From an uncultured Gemmatimonadales bacterium (lineage in GTDB: Bacteria; Gemmatimonadota; Gemmatimonadetes; Gemmatimonadales; Gemmatimonadaceae): a DNA stretch of 64,000 nucleotides. Below the pieces are notes generated by a model. That model ran no database searches. It saw only the letters and a list, made by a program, of their open reading frames with translations, and was not told where the DNA came from. The stretch lies in contig OY969695.1 in the NCBI GenBank assembly GCA_963701965.1, positions 160,001 through 224,000 on the forward strand. Reading direction: 5' to 3'. The position numbers and the translations under genes were made by a program. Within the stretch, counting starts at the first letter, position 1. Each line of letters begins with the position of its first letter. Below are positions 1 to 12,347 of the stretch, piece after piece.

Positions 1-2491
1 GCGGCACGCGTTCGCCTGGTGCCAGGTTCATCTCGCTGCGCAGGTTGCGGCAGCTGCCGACGATCGCCTTCAGCCGCGCCATCCAGTCGTCGGCGACCGG
101 ATCGATGCGGTCGAGCTGCGCCTTCGGGTAGGGCGCGCGGACGATGCCGTGCTCCGTGCCGTCGACCTTGCGCCCGGCGACGACGGCGACCCGCTCCCAG
201 AGCTCGGCGGTGATGAACGGCGTGATCGGATGCATCAGCCGCAGCACCGTTTCGAGCACGCGCAGCAAGGTGCGCCGCGTCGCGCGCTGCTCGGCCTCGT
301 TCGTCGACTGCAGCTGGACCTTGGCGATCTCGAGGTACCAGTCGCAGTACTCGTCCCAGACGAACGAGTAGATCGCCTGCGCGACAGCGTCGAGCCGGTA
401 TTCGGCGAAGCCCTGCTCGACTGCGGCTTCAACGCGCTGCAGCTCGCCAGTGATCCAGCGGTCGGCTTGCGAGAAGACGAGGTATTTGTGGAACGGCTGA
501 CCCGGGGCGCACTCGGCCTTGGTGTGCTCGGCGAGGCCGCAGTCCTTGCCCTCGCAGTTCATGAGGACGAAGCGGGTCGCGTTCCAGAGCTTGTTGCAGA
601 AGTTGCGGTAGCCCTCGCAGCGCTTGGAATCGAAGTTGACGTTGCGGCCAAGGCTGGCGAGCGATGCGAAGGTGAAGCGCAGCGCGTCGGCGCCGAAGCC
701 GGGAATGCCGTTCGGGAATTCGGCGGCGGTGTCCTTGCGCACGCGCGGCGCTGTCTCCGGCCGACGCAGGCCGGTCGAGCGCTTCTCGAGCAGCGGCTCG
801 AGGGCGATGCCGTCGATCAGGTCGACCGGATCGAGCACGTTGCCCTCCGACTTGCTCATCCGCTTGCCTTGGGCATCGCGCACCAGGCCGTGGATGTAGA
901 CGTCGCGGAAGGGCACGCGGCCGGTGAAGTGCAGCGTCATCATGATCATCCGGGCGACCCAGAAGAAGATGATGTCGTAGCCGGTGACGAGCACCGACGA
1001 CGGCAGGAACAGCTCGAGCTCCTCGGTCTTCTTCGGCCAGCCGAGCGACGAGAACGGCACCAGCGCCGACGAATACCAGGTGTCGAGGACGTCGGGATCG
1101 CGCACCAGCGTGCCGCTGTAGCCGGCGGCCTCGGCCTTTGCCCGCGCCTCGTCTTCGCTGCGGGCGACGAATATCTGGCCGTCGTCGCCGTACCAGGCCG
1201 GGATCTGGTGTCCCCACCAGAGCTGGCGCGAGATCGTCCAGTCCTGGATGTTCCTCATCCACTGGTTGTAGGTGTTGACCCACTGCTCGGGAAAGAACTT
1301 GACCGCGCCGGTGTCGACCGCGTCGATCGCCTTGCCGGCGAGGCTGGTGCCGTCGGCGCCGGGCTTGGTCATCGCCACGAACCACTGGTCGGTGAGCATC
1401 GGCTCGACCACCTGGCCGGTGCGCTCGCACACTGGCACCGCGTGCTTGTGCGGCACCGCTTTCTCGAGGAAGTCCTGCGCCTCGAGGTCGCGCAGCACCG
1501 CCTTCCGCGCGTCGTAGCGATCGAGGCCCTGGTAGGCAGCGGGTCCGTTCTCGTTGATCTTCGCGTCGAGGGTGAAGATCGTGATCAGCGGAATGCCGTG
1601 ACGCAGCGCGCAGGCGTAGTCGTTGAAGTCGTGCGCGCCGGTGATCTTGACGCAGCCCGAGCCGAACTCGCGGTCGACGAAGTCGTCGGCGATGATCGGG
1701 ATCCGCCGATCGCAGAGCGGCAGGTCGACCAGCTTGCCGATCAGGTGCTTGTAGCGCTCGTCGTCGGGATGAACCGCGAGCGCGCCGTCGGCGAGCATCG
1801 TCTCGGGGCGGGTCGTCGCGATGTGCATGCCCTTCATCGGCGCGCCGTTCGCGTCGGGCTGCGGTCCGTCGCTGAACGGGTAGAGGATGTGCCACATCGT
1901 CCCGTCGCGCTCCTCGCTCTCGACCTCGAGGTCGGAGACCGCCGAGAGCAGCACCGGATCCCAGTTGACGAGGCGCTTGCCGCGATAGATCAGCCCTTCC
2001 TCGTAGAGCGAGACGAAGGTGTCGGTGACGACGGCCGATAGCCGCTCGTCCATGGTGAAGTACTCGTACTTCCACGCCACCGAGTCGCCCATGCGGCGCA
2101 TCTGGCGCGTGATCGTCGAGCCGCTCGTCTCCTTCCAGTCCCAGACCTGGTCGATGAATTTCTTGCGCCCGAGGTCGTGGCGGCCCAGGCCGGACTCCTG
2201 CAGCTGGCGCTCGACCACGATCTGGGTGGCGATGCCGGCGTGGTCGGTGCCCGGAACCCAGAGCGTGTTGTCGCCCTTCATGCGCTGATGGCGAATCAGT
2301 GCGTCCATGATCGTGTGCTGGAACGCGTGCCCCATGTGCAGCGTGCCGGTGACGTTGGGCGGCGGCAGCTGGATCGCGTACGACGCGCGCGTCGGGTCGA
2401 GGGTCGGCTCGTAGACGCCGCTTTCTTCCCAGAGCGGCCCCCAGTGCTCCTCGATGGCGGCGGGGTCGAATGACTTGGCGAGATCGGTCAT
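1..2491 (-). CDS. valS: Valine--tRNA ligase (3' end runs off the window)
   Basis: Manual translation from ATG 2491 gives [14 protein letters not shown]...[15 protein letters not shown]...[10 protein letters not shown]; the KMSKS-type motif [10 protein letters not shown] lies near 845-870. Confidence 0.97.
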   Translation of the reverse strand, partial: MTDLAKSFDPAAIEEHWGPLWEESGVYEPTLDPTRASYAIQLPPPNVTGTLHMGHAFQHTIMDALIRHQRMKGDNTLWVPGTDHAGIATQIVVERQLQESGLGRHDLGRKKFIDQVWDWKETSGSTITRQMRRMGDSVAWKYEYFTMDERLSAVVTDTFVSLYEEGLIYRGKRLVNWDPVLLSAVSDLEVESEERDGTMWHILYPFSDGPQPDANGAPMKGMHIATTRPETMLADGALAVHPDDERYKHLIGKLVDLPLCDRRIPIIADDFVDREFGSGCVKITGAHDFNDYACALRHGIPLITIFTLDAKINENGPAAYQGLDRYDARKAVLRDLEAQDFLEKAVPHKHAVPVCERTGQVVEPMLTDQWFVAMTKPGADGTSLAGKAIDAVDTGAVKFFPEQWVNTYNQWMRNIQDWTISRQLWWGHQIPAWYGDDGQIFVARSEDEARAKAEAAGYSGTLVRDPDVLDTWYSSALVPFSSLGWPKKTEELELFLPSSVLVTGYDIIFFWVARMIMMTLHFTGRVPFRDVYIHGLVRDAQGKRMSKSEGNVLDPVDLIDGIALEPLLEKRSTGLRRPETAPRVRKDTAAEFPNGIPGFGADALRFTFASLASLGRNVNFDSKRCEGYRNFCNKLWNATRFVLMNCEGKDCGLAEHTKAECAPGQPFHKYLVFSQADRWITGELQRVEAAVEQGFAEYRLDAVAQAIYSFVWDEYCDWYLEIAKVQLQSTNEAEQRATRRTLLRVLETVLRLMHPITPFITAELWERVAVVAGRKVDGTEHGIVRAPYPKAQLDRIDPVADDWMARLKAIVGSCRNLRSEMNLAPGERVP

Positions 2492-2498
2492 CGTCCGC

Positions 2499-3476
2499 TC
2501 ACATCAGCAGATGCTCGCCGGCATTGTCGCCGCCGAGGATCACGTAGTTCACCTTGCGGATGTCGGCCAGACGGGTTCCGCCGGCGTACGAGATCGAGCT
2601 CTGCACGTCTTCCTTCATCTCGCGCAGCGTGTCCTCGAGCTTGCCCTTGATCGGCTCGAGGATGCGCTTGCCCTCGACGTGCTTGTACTCGCCCTTGTTG
2701 AAGTCGGAGGCCGAGCCGTAGTACTCCTTGAACAGCTTGCCGTCGACCTCGACCGTCTTGCCCGGCGACTCCTCGTGGCCGGCGAAGAGCGAGCCGATCA
2801 TCACCATGCTGGCGCCGAAGCGCACGCTCTTGGCGATGTCGCCATGGTCGCGGATGCCGCCGTCGGCGATGATCGGCTTGGTCGCGACCCGCGCGCACCA
2901 CTTGAGCGCCGAGAGCTGCCAGCCGCCGGTGCCGAAGCCGGTCTTGAGCTTGGTGATGCAGACCTTGCCCGGGCCGACACCGACCTTGGTCGCGTCGGCG
3001 CCCCAGTTCTCGAGGTCGATCACCGCCTCGGGCGTCGCGACGTTGCCGGCGATGACGAAGGCCTCGGGCAGCTTGGTCTTGATGTGCTCGATCATCCCGT
3101 GCACGGTGTCGGCGTGGCCGTGGGCGATGTCGATCGTGATGTAGTCGGCGCCGACACCGTCGCTCGCGAGGCGGTCGATCACCGCGTAGTCGGGCGGCTT
3201 GACCCCCGAGCTGAGCGAGACGTAGAGGTTCTTGGCCCGCATCCGCTTGGCGAAGGCGACGTTGTCGACGTCGAAGCGGTGCATGACGTAGAAGAAGCCG
3301 TTCGCCGCCAGCCACTCGACGATCGGCTCGTCGACGACGGTCTTCATGTTCGCGGGCACGACCGGCAGCTCGAAGCGGCGCGGCCCGAATTCCTGCGACG
3401 CGTCGCATTCCGAACGGCTCTCGACCCGGCACTTGCGCGGCAGCAGCAAGACGTTGTCGTAGTCGAAGATTTCCAT
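2499..3476 (-). CDS. guaC: GMP reductase
   Basis: 325-aa [19 protein letters not shown] with DIAHGH and [11 protein letters not shown] motifs. Confidence 0.95.
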   Translation of the reverse strand: MEIFDYDNVLLLPRKCRVESRSECDASQEFGPRRFELPVVPANMKTVVDEPIVEWLAANGFFYVMHRFDVDNVAFAKRMRAKNLYVSLSSGVKPPDYAVIDRLASDGVGADYITIDIAHGHADTVHGMIEHIKTKLPEAFVIAGNVATPEAVIDLENWGADATKVGVGPGKVCITKLKTGFGTGGWQLSALKWCARVATKPIIADGGIRDHGDIAKSVRFGASMVMIGSLFAGHEESPGKTVEVDGKLFKEYYGSASDFNKGEYKHVEGKRILEPIKGKLEDTLREMKEDVQSSISYAGGTRLADIRKVNYVILGGDNAGEHLLM

Positions 3477-3491
3477 GGTCTCGATCCAGCT

Positions 3492-3530
3492 AAAACGGGC
3501 GCCTCGAAGAGCGCCCGTGACGGCATTCTA
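3492..3530 (-). promoter_or_regulatory. guaC -10 box (TAGAAT) followed by a 5' leader hairpin and T-run
   Basis: Minus strand reads TAGAAT-gccgtc-ACGGGCGC-tcttcgag-GCGCCCGT-TTT. Confidence 0.55.
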
Positions 3531-3568
3531 CGGAAGGGGATGAAGGTCCTCGCTCCTAGAATGGACAA

Positions 3569-5980
<2,412 letters not shown>

Positions 5981-6074
5981 CGCTCGGGCGACCGAGGCAC
6001 GACGCTTGCCTCCTTCCGACAGACCGTGCGCCGCCACGCCGGCGACGATGTTTTCATCCGCAAGGAGAAACGAC

Positions 6075-6705
6075 ATGACTGCTTCGATCACGCCATCGCA
6101 GCGCGCGTTGCGCGGCGGCGCGATCGCCGCGCTCGTCGCGCTCGCCGGCTGTGCTTCGACCCAGCTCGACGCCGAGTGGCGCGACCCGCAGCTGAGCGCC
6201 GGGTCGTTGCGCGGTGCGCGCGTGCTCGTCGCCTGCGACGCGTTCGAGGTGGTCGTCGTCCAGCTGTGCCGCGACCAGATCGCGAGCGCGGTCGGGGCCC
6301 AGGGCGCGACCCCGGTGTTCGTGCCGACGAACTTCCCGATCTCGCCGGCACGCGCGATCGATCCGCAACTCCTGCTCGCGGCGCGCGACGCCGGCGCGAA
6401 GGCGATGACTGGTGGTGACCGTCGCGGTCGCCTCGAGCAATGTCAGCCAGGGCATGTCGATCGGCATCGGCGGCTTCGGCTTCGGCTCGAGCGGCGGCGC
6501 CGGCATCGGCGTGTCCGCGCCGGTCGGCGGCGGCAACCTGAGCTCGGGCTACACCGCCAACGGCCGCCTCACGGATGTCGCGAGCGAACGGCTGCTCTGG
6601 ACCGCGAAGGCGACGTGCGCCGCCCTCGAGCGACGTCAACGCGCAGATGGGCGAGCTCTCGAAGACGCTCGTTCGACGGCGGCAACCAAGGCCGGCGCGT
6701 TCTGA
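6075..6705 (+). CDS. Putative lipoprotein (frameshifted)
   Basis: AAGGAG RBS, lipobox LAGC, Gly-rich SIGIGGFGFG segment; frame changes near 6410 and about 6620-6680. Confidence 0.6.
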
Positions 6706-6737
6706 GCCCGGCCGGGCTCGACCGGGAGTCCCGCCGA

Positions 6738-8249
6738 TCAGGCCGCGATCGGGCCCGCGCGACCGGCGTCGACGACGAAGCGGGCCGCGGTCGTGACGGC
6801 GCTCTCCGGATCGAGTCGGCCGCTCGACCACCTGCAGCGCCGCGCGCAGCTGCTTCGCATCGAGCTCGAAGCTGCATGTAGCCGCGCTGGTCGCTGCGGC
6901 TGTAGTGGATGTGCGGGTTGAAGGGCCGCGCCGCGTCGAGGCGAGACTGCGGCAGCGAGAGGCTGGTGATCGAGGTGCCGCAGAACTCGCTCGCGACGAC
7001 CGGCGCCGCCGGGTCGTCGTAGTCGGGCTTGAGGTCGGCGACGTAGTTGCTGTGGACGTCGCCGCCGAGGACGACCACGCCGGGCACCTTCTTCGCCGCG
7101 ACCGTGCCGAGCAGGCGGTTGCGGGCCGGCGCGTAGCCGTCCCAGCCGTCGGTCCAGTAGACGCCGCCGCCGTCGGCCGGGTCGTGCCACGCGGCGCGCG
7201 CCATCAGCGTCTGCTGGCGCGACCAGATTCCACGGGCGCGCCAGGTCCCAGCCATCGGCAAGCCAGCGCTCCTGCTCGAATCCGAGCAGGGTTCGGGCCG
7301 GGTCGATGAGGCTCGGGCACTGCGCGAGCGCGACCGTGTTCGAGCCGCCACGGCCCGGCGCCGGGCAGACCTGCGGATCGCGGTACTGGCGGTCGTCGAG
7401 GAGATGGATCCGCGCCAGCGTGCCCCAATCGAGCCGGCCGACGATGCGCATGTCCGCGCCGGTCGGTCGCTGCGCCTTCGCGAACGGCATGTGCTCCCAG
7501 TAGGCGCGGTAGGCGGCGGCGCGGCGCGCGCGCATGTCGACCGCGAGGTCCTGGCCTTGCAGGTTGGCGTAGTCGTTCGAGACCTCGTGGTCGTCCCAGA
7601 CCAGCAGCCACGGCGCCGCAGCGTGCGCGGCCTGCAGCAGCGGATCGCTCTTGTGGGTCGCGTAGCGCGCGCGGTACTGCGCCAGCGTGAAGATCTCGCC
7701 GCCCTCGAGCGGGCGCACCGCGTCGCGGCGGGTCGCGTATTCGTAGATGTAGTCGCCGAGGAACAGCACCAGGTCGAGATTCGCGCCGGCGACGTGGCGC
7801 CACGCGGCGTAGTGGCCGACGTCGTAGCGCTGGCAGCTGGCGATCGCGAAGCGCAGCGTCGCCGCGGCGTCGGCGGCCGGCGCGGTGCGCGTCCGGCCGA
7901 CCGGGCTTTGCTGGCCGAGGGCGCTGAAGCGATAGAAGTACCAGCGATCCGGGGCCAGGCCGCGCGGCTCGGCATGGACGCTGTGCGCCCACTCGGCTTC
8001 GGCGCTCTCTTCGCCGCGAGCGACGACGCGCGCGAACTGCTCGTCGTCGGCCATCTCCCAGCGGACCGCGACGCGCTCGGGCAGCGCCGCGCCCATCAGC
8101 CGGGTCCAGAGCACCATGCCGTCGGCGCGCGGCTGGCCCGAGGCGATACCGAGCGCGAAGCGCGGCACGTCGGCGGCGCGCGGCCCGCTCGCCAACCAGG
8201 GCATCGCGACCAGGGCGGTCGCGCCGTTGACGAACCGCCTGCGCTTCAT
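6738..8249 (-). CDS. phoD: Alkaline phosphatase D family protein, Tat-exported (frameshifted)
   Basis: N-terminal KRRRF Tat-like motif, FLGDYIYE, WDDHEVSND; WDGY and GGDVHS in a second frame. Confidence 0.9.
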   Translation of the reverse strand: MKRRRFVNGATALVAMPWLASGPRAADVPRFALGIASGQPRADGMVLWTRLMGAALPERVAVRWEMADDEQFARVVARGEESAEAEWAHSVHAEPRGLAPDRWYFYRFSALGQQSPVGRTRTAPAADAAATLRFAIASCQRYDVGHYAAWRHVAGANLDLVLFLGDYIYEYATRRDAVRPLEGGEIFTLAQYRARYATHKSDPLLQAAHAAAPWLLVWDDHEVSNDYANLQGQDLAVDMRARRAAAYRAYWEHMPFAKAQRPTGADMRIVGRLDWGTLARIHLLDDRQYRDPQVCPAPGRGGSNTVALAQCPSLIDPARTLLGFEQERWLADGWDLARPWNLVAPADADGARRVARPGRRRRRLLDRRLGRLRAGPQPPARHGRGEEGARRGRPRRRRPQQLRRRPQARLRRPGGAGRRERVLRHLDHQPLAAAVSPRRGAALQPAHPLQPQRPARLHAASSSMRSSCARRCRWSSGRLDPESAVTTAARFVVDAGRAGPIAA

Positions 8250-8273
8250 GGGAGCCCGTGACGGCTCGTGACG

Positions 8274-8984
8274 TCAGACGCCGACTTCGTCGATCTCGCG
8301 GTAGACGTCGCGCAGCCACATCTTGACGCGCTGCCGGTCCATCAGGCCGAGACCGGTCGGGTCCCGGTCCGAGGCCTTCGCCTTCCAGAACGTGCTGCTC
8401 GCGCTGTCGATCTTCTGGATCGCGTGCTCGTTGAGCTTCTTGACCGAGACGACGTGCGCGCCCATGGCGATCGCGCGCGCCTGCTCGCCCGACTGCTCGA
8501 GGCCGCTGAAGTCGGCGCCGCGCACCTGGTTGCGAACCAGGACGTACGCCAGCCCGGTGCCGAAGCGATCGAGCAGGCGGCGCAGCAGGTCGACCGAGTC
8601 CTTGCCCGAGTCCATCACGTGCCAGTAGAAGAGCTTCATGCCGAGCTCGTCGGCCAGGCCGATGACGCCGGCGTCCTCCATCCAGGTGGCGAGCGGGTCG
8701 TGCGTCTGCGCGGCGAGGTCGACCAGGATGCGCCGGCCCGGCTGATCGACCGCCGCCTCGACGATCGCGTCGAGCGACTCGACCTTGTCGATCGCCACCG
8801 GCGACGCATAAGCCGAATAGAAGCGCATCAGCGCGCCGTGCGAGCGGTCGGTGTCGAAGCCGAGAAAGGGCAGCTCCTTGTCGATCAGGTACTGGGCCAG
8901 CACGCGGGCCATCAGGGATTTGCCGACGCCGCCTTTTTCGCCGCCGATGAAATGGATGTTGGTCGTCATCGAGGAAGGGTTCAT
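8274..8984 (-). CDS. ParA/MinD-like P-loop NTPase ('mobilization protein'-like)
   Basis: Deviant Walker A GGEKGGVGKS, DTD motif, LVDLAAQ Walker B region. Confidence 0.7.
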   Translation of the reverse strand: MNPSSMTTNIHFIGGEKGGVGKSLMARVLAQYLIDKELPFLGFDTDRSHGALMRFYSAYASPVAIDKVESLDAIVEAAVDQPGRRILVDLAAQTHDPLATWMEDAGVIGLADELGMKLFYWHVMDSGKDSVDLLRRLLDRFGTGLAYVLVRNQVRGADFSGLEQSGEQARAIAMGAHVVSVKKLNEHAIQKIDSASSTFWKAKASDRDPTGLGLMDRQRVKMWLRDVYREIDEVGV

Positions 8985-9220
8985 TTCGCGGGCGCCGCGG
9001 GCGCGCCGCTTGGAGTGACAAGATCGATCGTCTTCTCGACCGCCTTGCCGGCGACCTTGACGGTGCTGCTCACGACCGCGCCGCCGACCGAGACCACGGC
9101 ACCGGCGGCTGCGCCGGCGACGCTGACGACGGCGCAGCCGGGCAGCAGCAGCGCGGCGACGAGAACGGGAGCGACGAGAACGGCGCGCTCACGCCGGCAG
9201 GGGCGAAGGTTCGAGGCCAT
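8981..9220 (-). CDS. Small lipoprotein
   Basis: MASNLRP...LLLPGCAVVSVAGAAAGAVV: lipobox then an Ala/Val/Gly-rich helix; GACAAT 7 nt before the ATG. Confidence 0.7.
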   Translation of the reverse strand: MASNLRPCRRERAVLVAPVLVAALLLPGCAVVSVAGAAAGAVVSVGGAVVSSTVKVAGKAVEKTIDLVTPSGAPAAPAK

Positions 9221-9312
9221 GCCGAAGATTGTCGCCGAAGGCTCGCGCCGCGACGGCGCCTTTGCATCCGTTGGTGACGGCGCACCGGCCCAACTTCGTC
9301 GCGCGTCGGCGT

Positions 9313-10062
9313 TCAGCCGCGGCCGACGAAGGGCATCTTCGTCGCCATGATGGTCATGAACTGGACGTTGGCGTCGAGCGGCAGGCTGGCCATGTGAACG
9401 ACGGCGTCGGCGACGTGCTGGACGTTCATCGTCGGCTCGACCGCGAGCGAGCCGTCGGCCTGCGGCACGCCCTTCTTCATTCGCTCGGTCATCTCGGTGG
9501 CGGCGTTGCCGATGTCGATCTGGCCGCAGGCGATGTCGAAGGCGCGGCCGTCGAGCGCGGTCGCCTTGGTCAGGCCGGTGATCGCGTGCTTGGTCGCGGT
9601 GTAGGGCGAGCTGAACGGGCGCGGCGTGTGCGCCGAGATCGAGCCGTTGTTGATGATCCGGCCGCCGCGCGGCGACTGGCTCTTCATCAGCACGAACGCC
9701 TGCTGCGTGCACAGGAAGACGGCGGTCAGGTTGATGTCGACGACCGTGCGCCACTGCTCGACCGTCAGCTCCTCGAGCGGGATCGGCGGCGCGCCGGTGC
9801 CGGCGTTGTTGAACAGCACGTCGAGGCGGCCGAACGTCTCCTTGACCGCGCCGAACAGCGCCTTCACCGCCGCCGGATCGGTGGCGTCGGTCGGCACGAC
9901 CAGGGCGCGGTCGGCGGCGCCGACGGCGGCCGCGCGGGTCGCTTCGAGCGCGTCGGCGCGGCGGCCGGCGAGGGCGACGTGAAATCCGGCCTTGAGCAGG
10001 GCGAGCGCGGACGCGCGGCCGATGCCGCTGCCGGCGCCGGTGACGATGGCGACTTTCTTCAT
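9313..10062 (-). CDS. SDR family oxidoreductase
   Basis: [13 protein letters not shown] and YTATK catalytic motifs. Confidence 0.92.
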   Translation of the reverse strand: MKKVAIVTGAGSGIGRASALALLKAGFHVALAGRRADALEATRAAAVGAADRALVVPTDATDPAAVKALFGAVKETFGRLDVLFNNAGTGAPPIPLEELTVEQWRTVVDINLTAVFLCTQQAFVLMKSQSPRGGRIINNGSISAHTPRPFSSPYTATKHAITGLTKATALDGRAFDIACGQIDIGNAATEMTERMKKGVPQADGSLAVEPTMNVQHVADAVVHMASLPLDANVQFMTIMATKMPFVGRG

Positions 10063-10903
10063 GGCGAGCCTTTCGGTGAGTGAGTCGGTCGTTCCGGAAT
10101 CGTCGCGCGGCGCGGCGACGTCGCTGTCCGGCGCGAAGCAATCGGCGAACGTGAACCAGAGGCTGGCGTAGTACACGGTCAGGAAGATCAGCGTCAGCGG
10201 CGTCGCGACGAGCGTGAAGCGCTGCGGCCCGAACAGGCCGACGCCGATGCTGACGACGGCGAACAGGATCAGCCAGAGCACGAGCCAGCCGAGGCCGTAG
10301 AGCGTGAACGCGCCCTTGTTGCGCCAGAGCGCGACGCTGCTGAAGAAGAGCGACTTGGCCCAGCCCTGGCCGCCCGCGTAGACGAGCGCCGGCGCCTGCC
10401 AGAACGGAACCGAGAGCGCGGCGGCGAAGGCCAGGCGCAGCAGGATGCCGAACTGCACGCGCGGATCGGCGACGTGCGTCGCCGCGGTCTCGGTCGTCGG
10501 TCTTGGCGTCGGGCAGCGACTCGAGGAAGGCCTCGAGCGCGCCGCCGTCGAGAACGCCGGCGAGCCAGAAGACGAAGAAGCTGGCCGCGGCGTAGGCGAT
10601 GCCGAGCTTGAGCAAGGCCACGAGGCGCGGCCGTCCGGCGTGCGCGAGCTCGACGATGGCGGCCGGGATCGGTGCCTTGCCTTCGGTCGCGAGCCGGGTC
10701 GCGATCATGAACAGGAGCGTGCCGGCCGGCGGCAGGACGAGCAGCAGGATCGTGCCGACGAACGGAATCAGGCCGAGCAGCAGGAACACGAACAGGCACG
10801 CGGCGAACAGCGCCGCGAAGCCGAGCGGCTGGCGCGCGAAGATCTGGAAGCCCTTCCTCACCCAGGCCAGGCCGCGCCGCGCTGGCACGAGCTGCAGCTT
10901 CAT
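10059..10903 (-). CDS. BPSS1780-like membrane protein (frameshifted)
   Basis: [28 protein letters not shown], multiple TM segments; usual position downstream of thrB. Confidence 0.75.
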
Positions 10904-11876
10904 GACGCCGCCGCTCCCGCCGGCCGCGGATGCCACGGCGTCTCGCGCCGCGCGCCGAGGACACGCTCGAAGTGGCCCGGATCGTGCGCGGTCAGGACGA
11001 CGGCGTCGCGCGGCAGGTGCATGTCCCAGACGCGCGAGAGCCAGAACCGGAACGCGGCCGCGCGCATCAAGGCCGGCAGCAGCCGCACCTCGGCGCTCTC
11101 GAGCGGACGCAGTGCCGCGTAGGCCGCCGACCAGCGCCTCGGCGCGGTCTTCGTCGAGCTCACCCGAGGCGAGGTCGATGCACCAGTCGTTGAGAGCGAC
11201 GGCGAGGTCGAAGAGCAGCGTGTCGACGCCGGCGAAATAGAAGTCGAACACGCCGGTAAGCGCGCCGTCCTGGAACATGACGTTGTCGCGGAACAGGTCG
11301 CCGTGGATGGCGCCGCGCGGCAGCGTCGCGTACGCCGGCGCCGCGGCCAGGTGGCGCTGGTAGGCGAGCTCGTCCTCCATCATCGCCGCGGCGGCCGGCT
11401 CGAGGCTGGCCGAGGACCACCGGCACGGTCGCGTTCCACCAGTCGAGGCCGCGCAGGTTCGGCTGCGCCGGAACGAAGTCGCGCGTCGCCAGGTGCATGC
11501 GCGCGAGCACGCGGCCGACGCTCGCGCAGTCGGCCGCGTCGGGCGCGAGATGGTGCTCGCCCGGCAGGCGGTCGACGACCGCGGCAGGCTTGCCCTTGAG
11601 CGCGAGCAGCAGCGAGCCGTCGCTGCCCGCATGCGGGCGCGGCACGGGCAGGGCGTGATCGGCGAGGTGCTTCATCAGCTGCAGGTAGAACGGCAGCTCG
11701 TCGGCGCCGAGCCGCTCGAACACGGTGAGCACGTAGCGGCCCGATGCCGTGTCGGCGAAGTAGTTGGTGTTCTCGATGCCGCCGGCGCACGGCGCGAGCG
11801 CCTGCAGGGCGCCGATTCCCAGGCCGTCGATCAGCGCTGCCGCCTCGTCGAACGACACCTCGGTGTAGACCGCCAT
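10900..11876 (-). CDS. thrB: Homoserine kinase type II (frameshifted)
   Basis: MAVYTEVS, GIENTNYF, IHGDLFRDNVMF, FDFYFAG and AAFRFWLSR across three frames. Confidence 0.9.
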
Positions 11877-11889
11877 CCGCCCGGGCAGG

Positions 11890-12285
11890 TCAGAAGCGTA
11901 GGAGGTTCCAGACGCTCTTGCCGGTCGCGCCGCGCGGCGTGCCGGGCCCTTCGCCGCCGGAATGGGCGCTGTCGCCGAGCAGGACCTCGTAGCCGGGGAC
12001 GTCGCCTCTCGGGCTGACGGTGACCTTCTGCAGCTGGCCGCGGACGCGCAGCTCGTCGATGCGCGCCGTGCGGTCCTCGATGACGGTGCGCTTGACCGCC
12101 GGCTCCGGGAAGCGGCTCGGCTTCGGCTCGGCGTCCTCGAGCGGCAGTGCCGCGCTCGCAGCCGTCGCGGCGGGCGCGGCCTGCGCTGGCGCGGGCAGCG
12201 CCGGCGGCGCGTCGGCGGCGCTTGCGAACGACGTCGCCAACGCCGCGGCGCAGGCGGCAATAGCGGCGACGAGAGTGCGTTTCAT
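11890..12285 (-). CDS. Exported protein, DUF2782-like
   Basis: Signal peptide, IDELRVRGQ, C-terminal SVWNLLRF; divergent from polA. Confidence 0.7.
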   Translation of the reverse strand: MKRTLVAAIAACAAALATSFASAADAPPALPAPAQAAPAATAASAALPLEDAEPKPSRFPEPAVKRTVIEDRTARIDELRVRGQLQKVTVSPRGDVPGYEVLLGDSAHSGGEGPGTPRGATGKSVWNLLRF

Positions 12286-12347
12286 GGCGCCGATTCTAGG
12301 CCGCCGGCCGCCGCGACGAGCGTGGCCCTTCCTTCACAATGGGCTGC

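Noticed and set aside
8255..8275. GTCAC direct repeat upstream of phoD as a Pho box
   Set aside because: The period is 10 rather than 11 bp and it lies only about 8 nt from the ATG, leaving no room for a -10 element.
9313..10458. Apparent fusion of the membrane protein to the SDR
   Set aside because: A GAAAGG RBS and an ATGA overlap at 10059-10062 indicate two genes joined by one indel.
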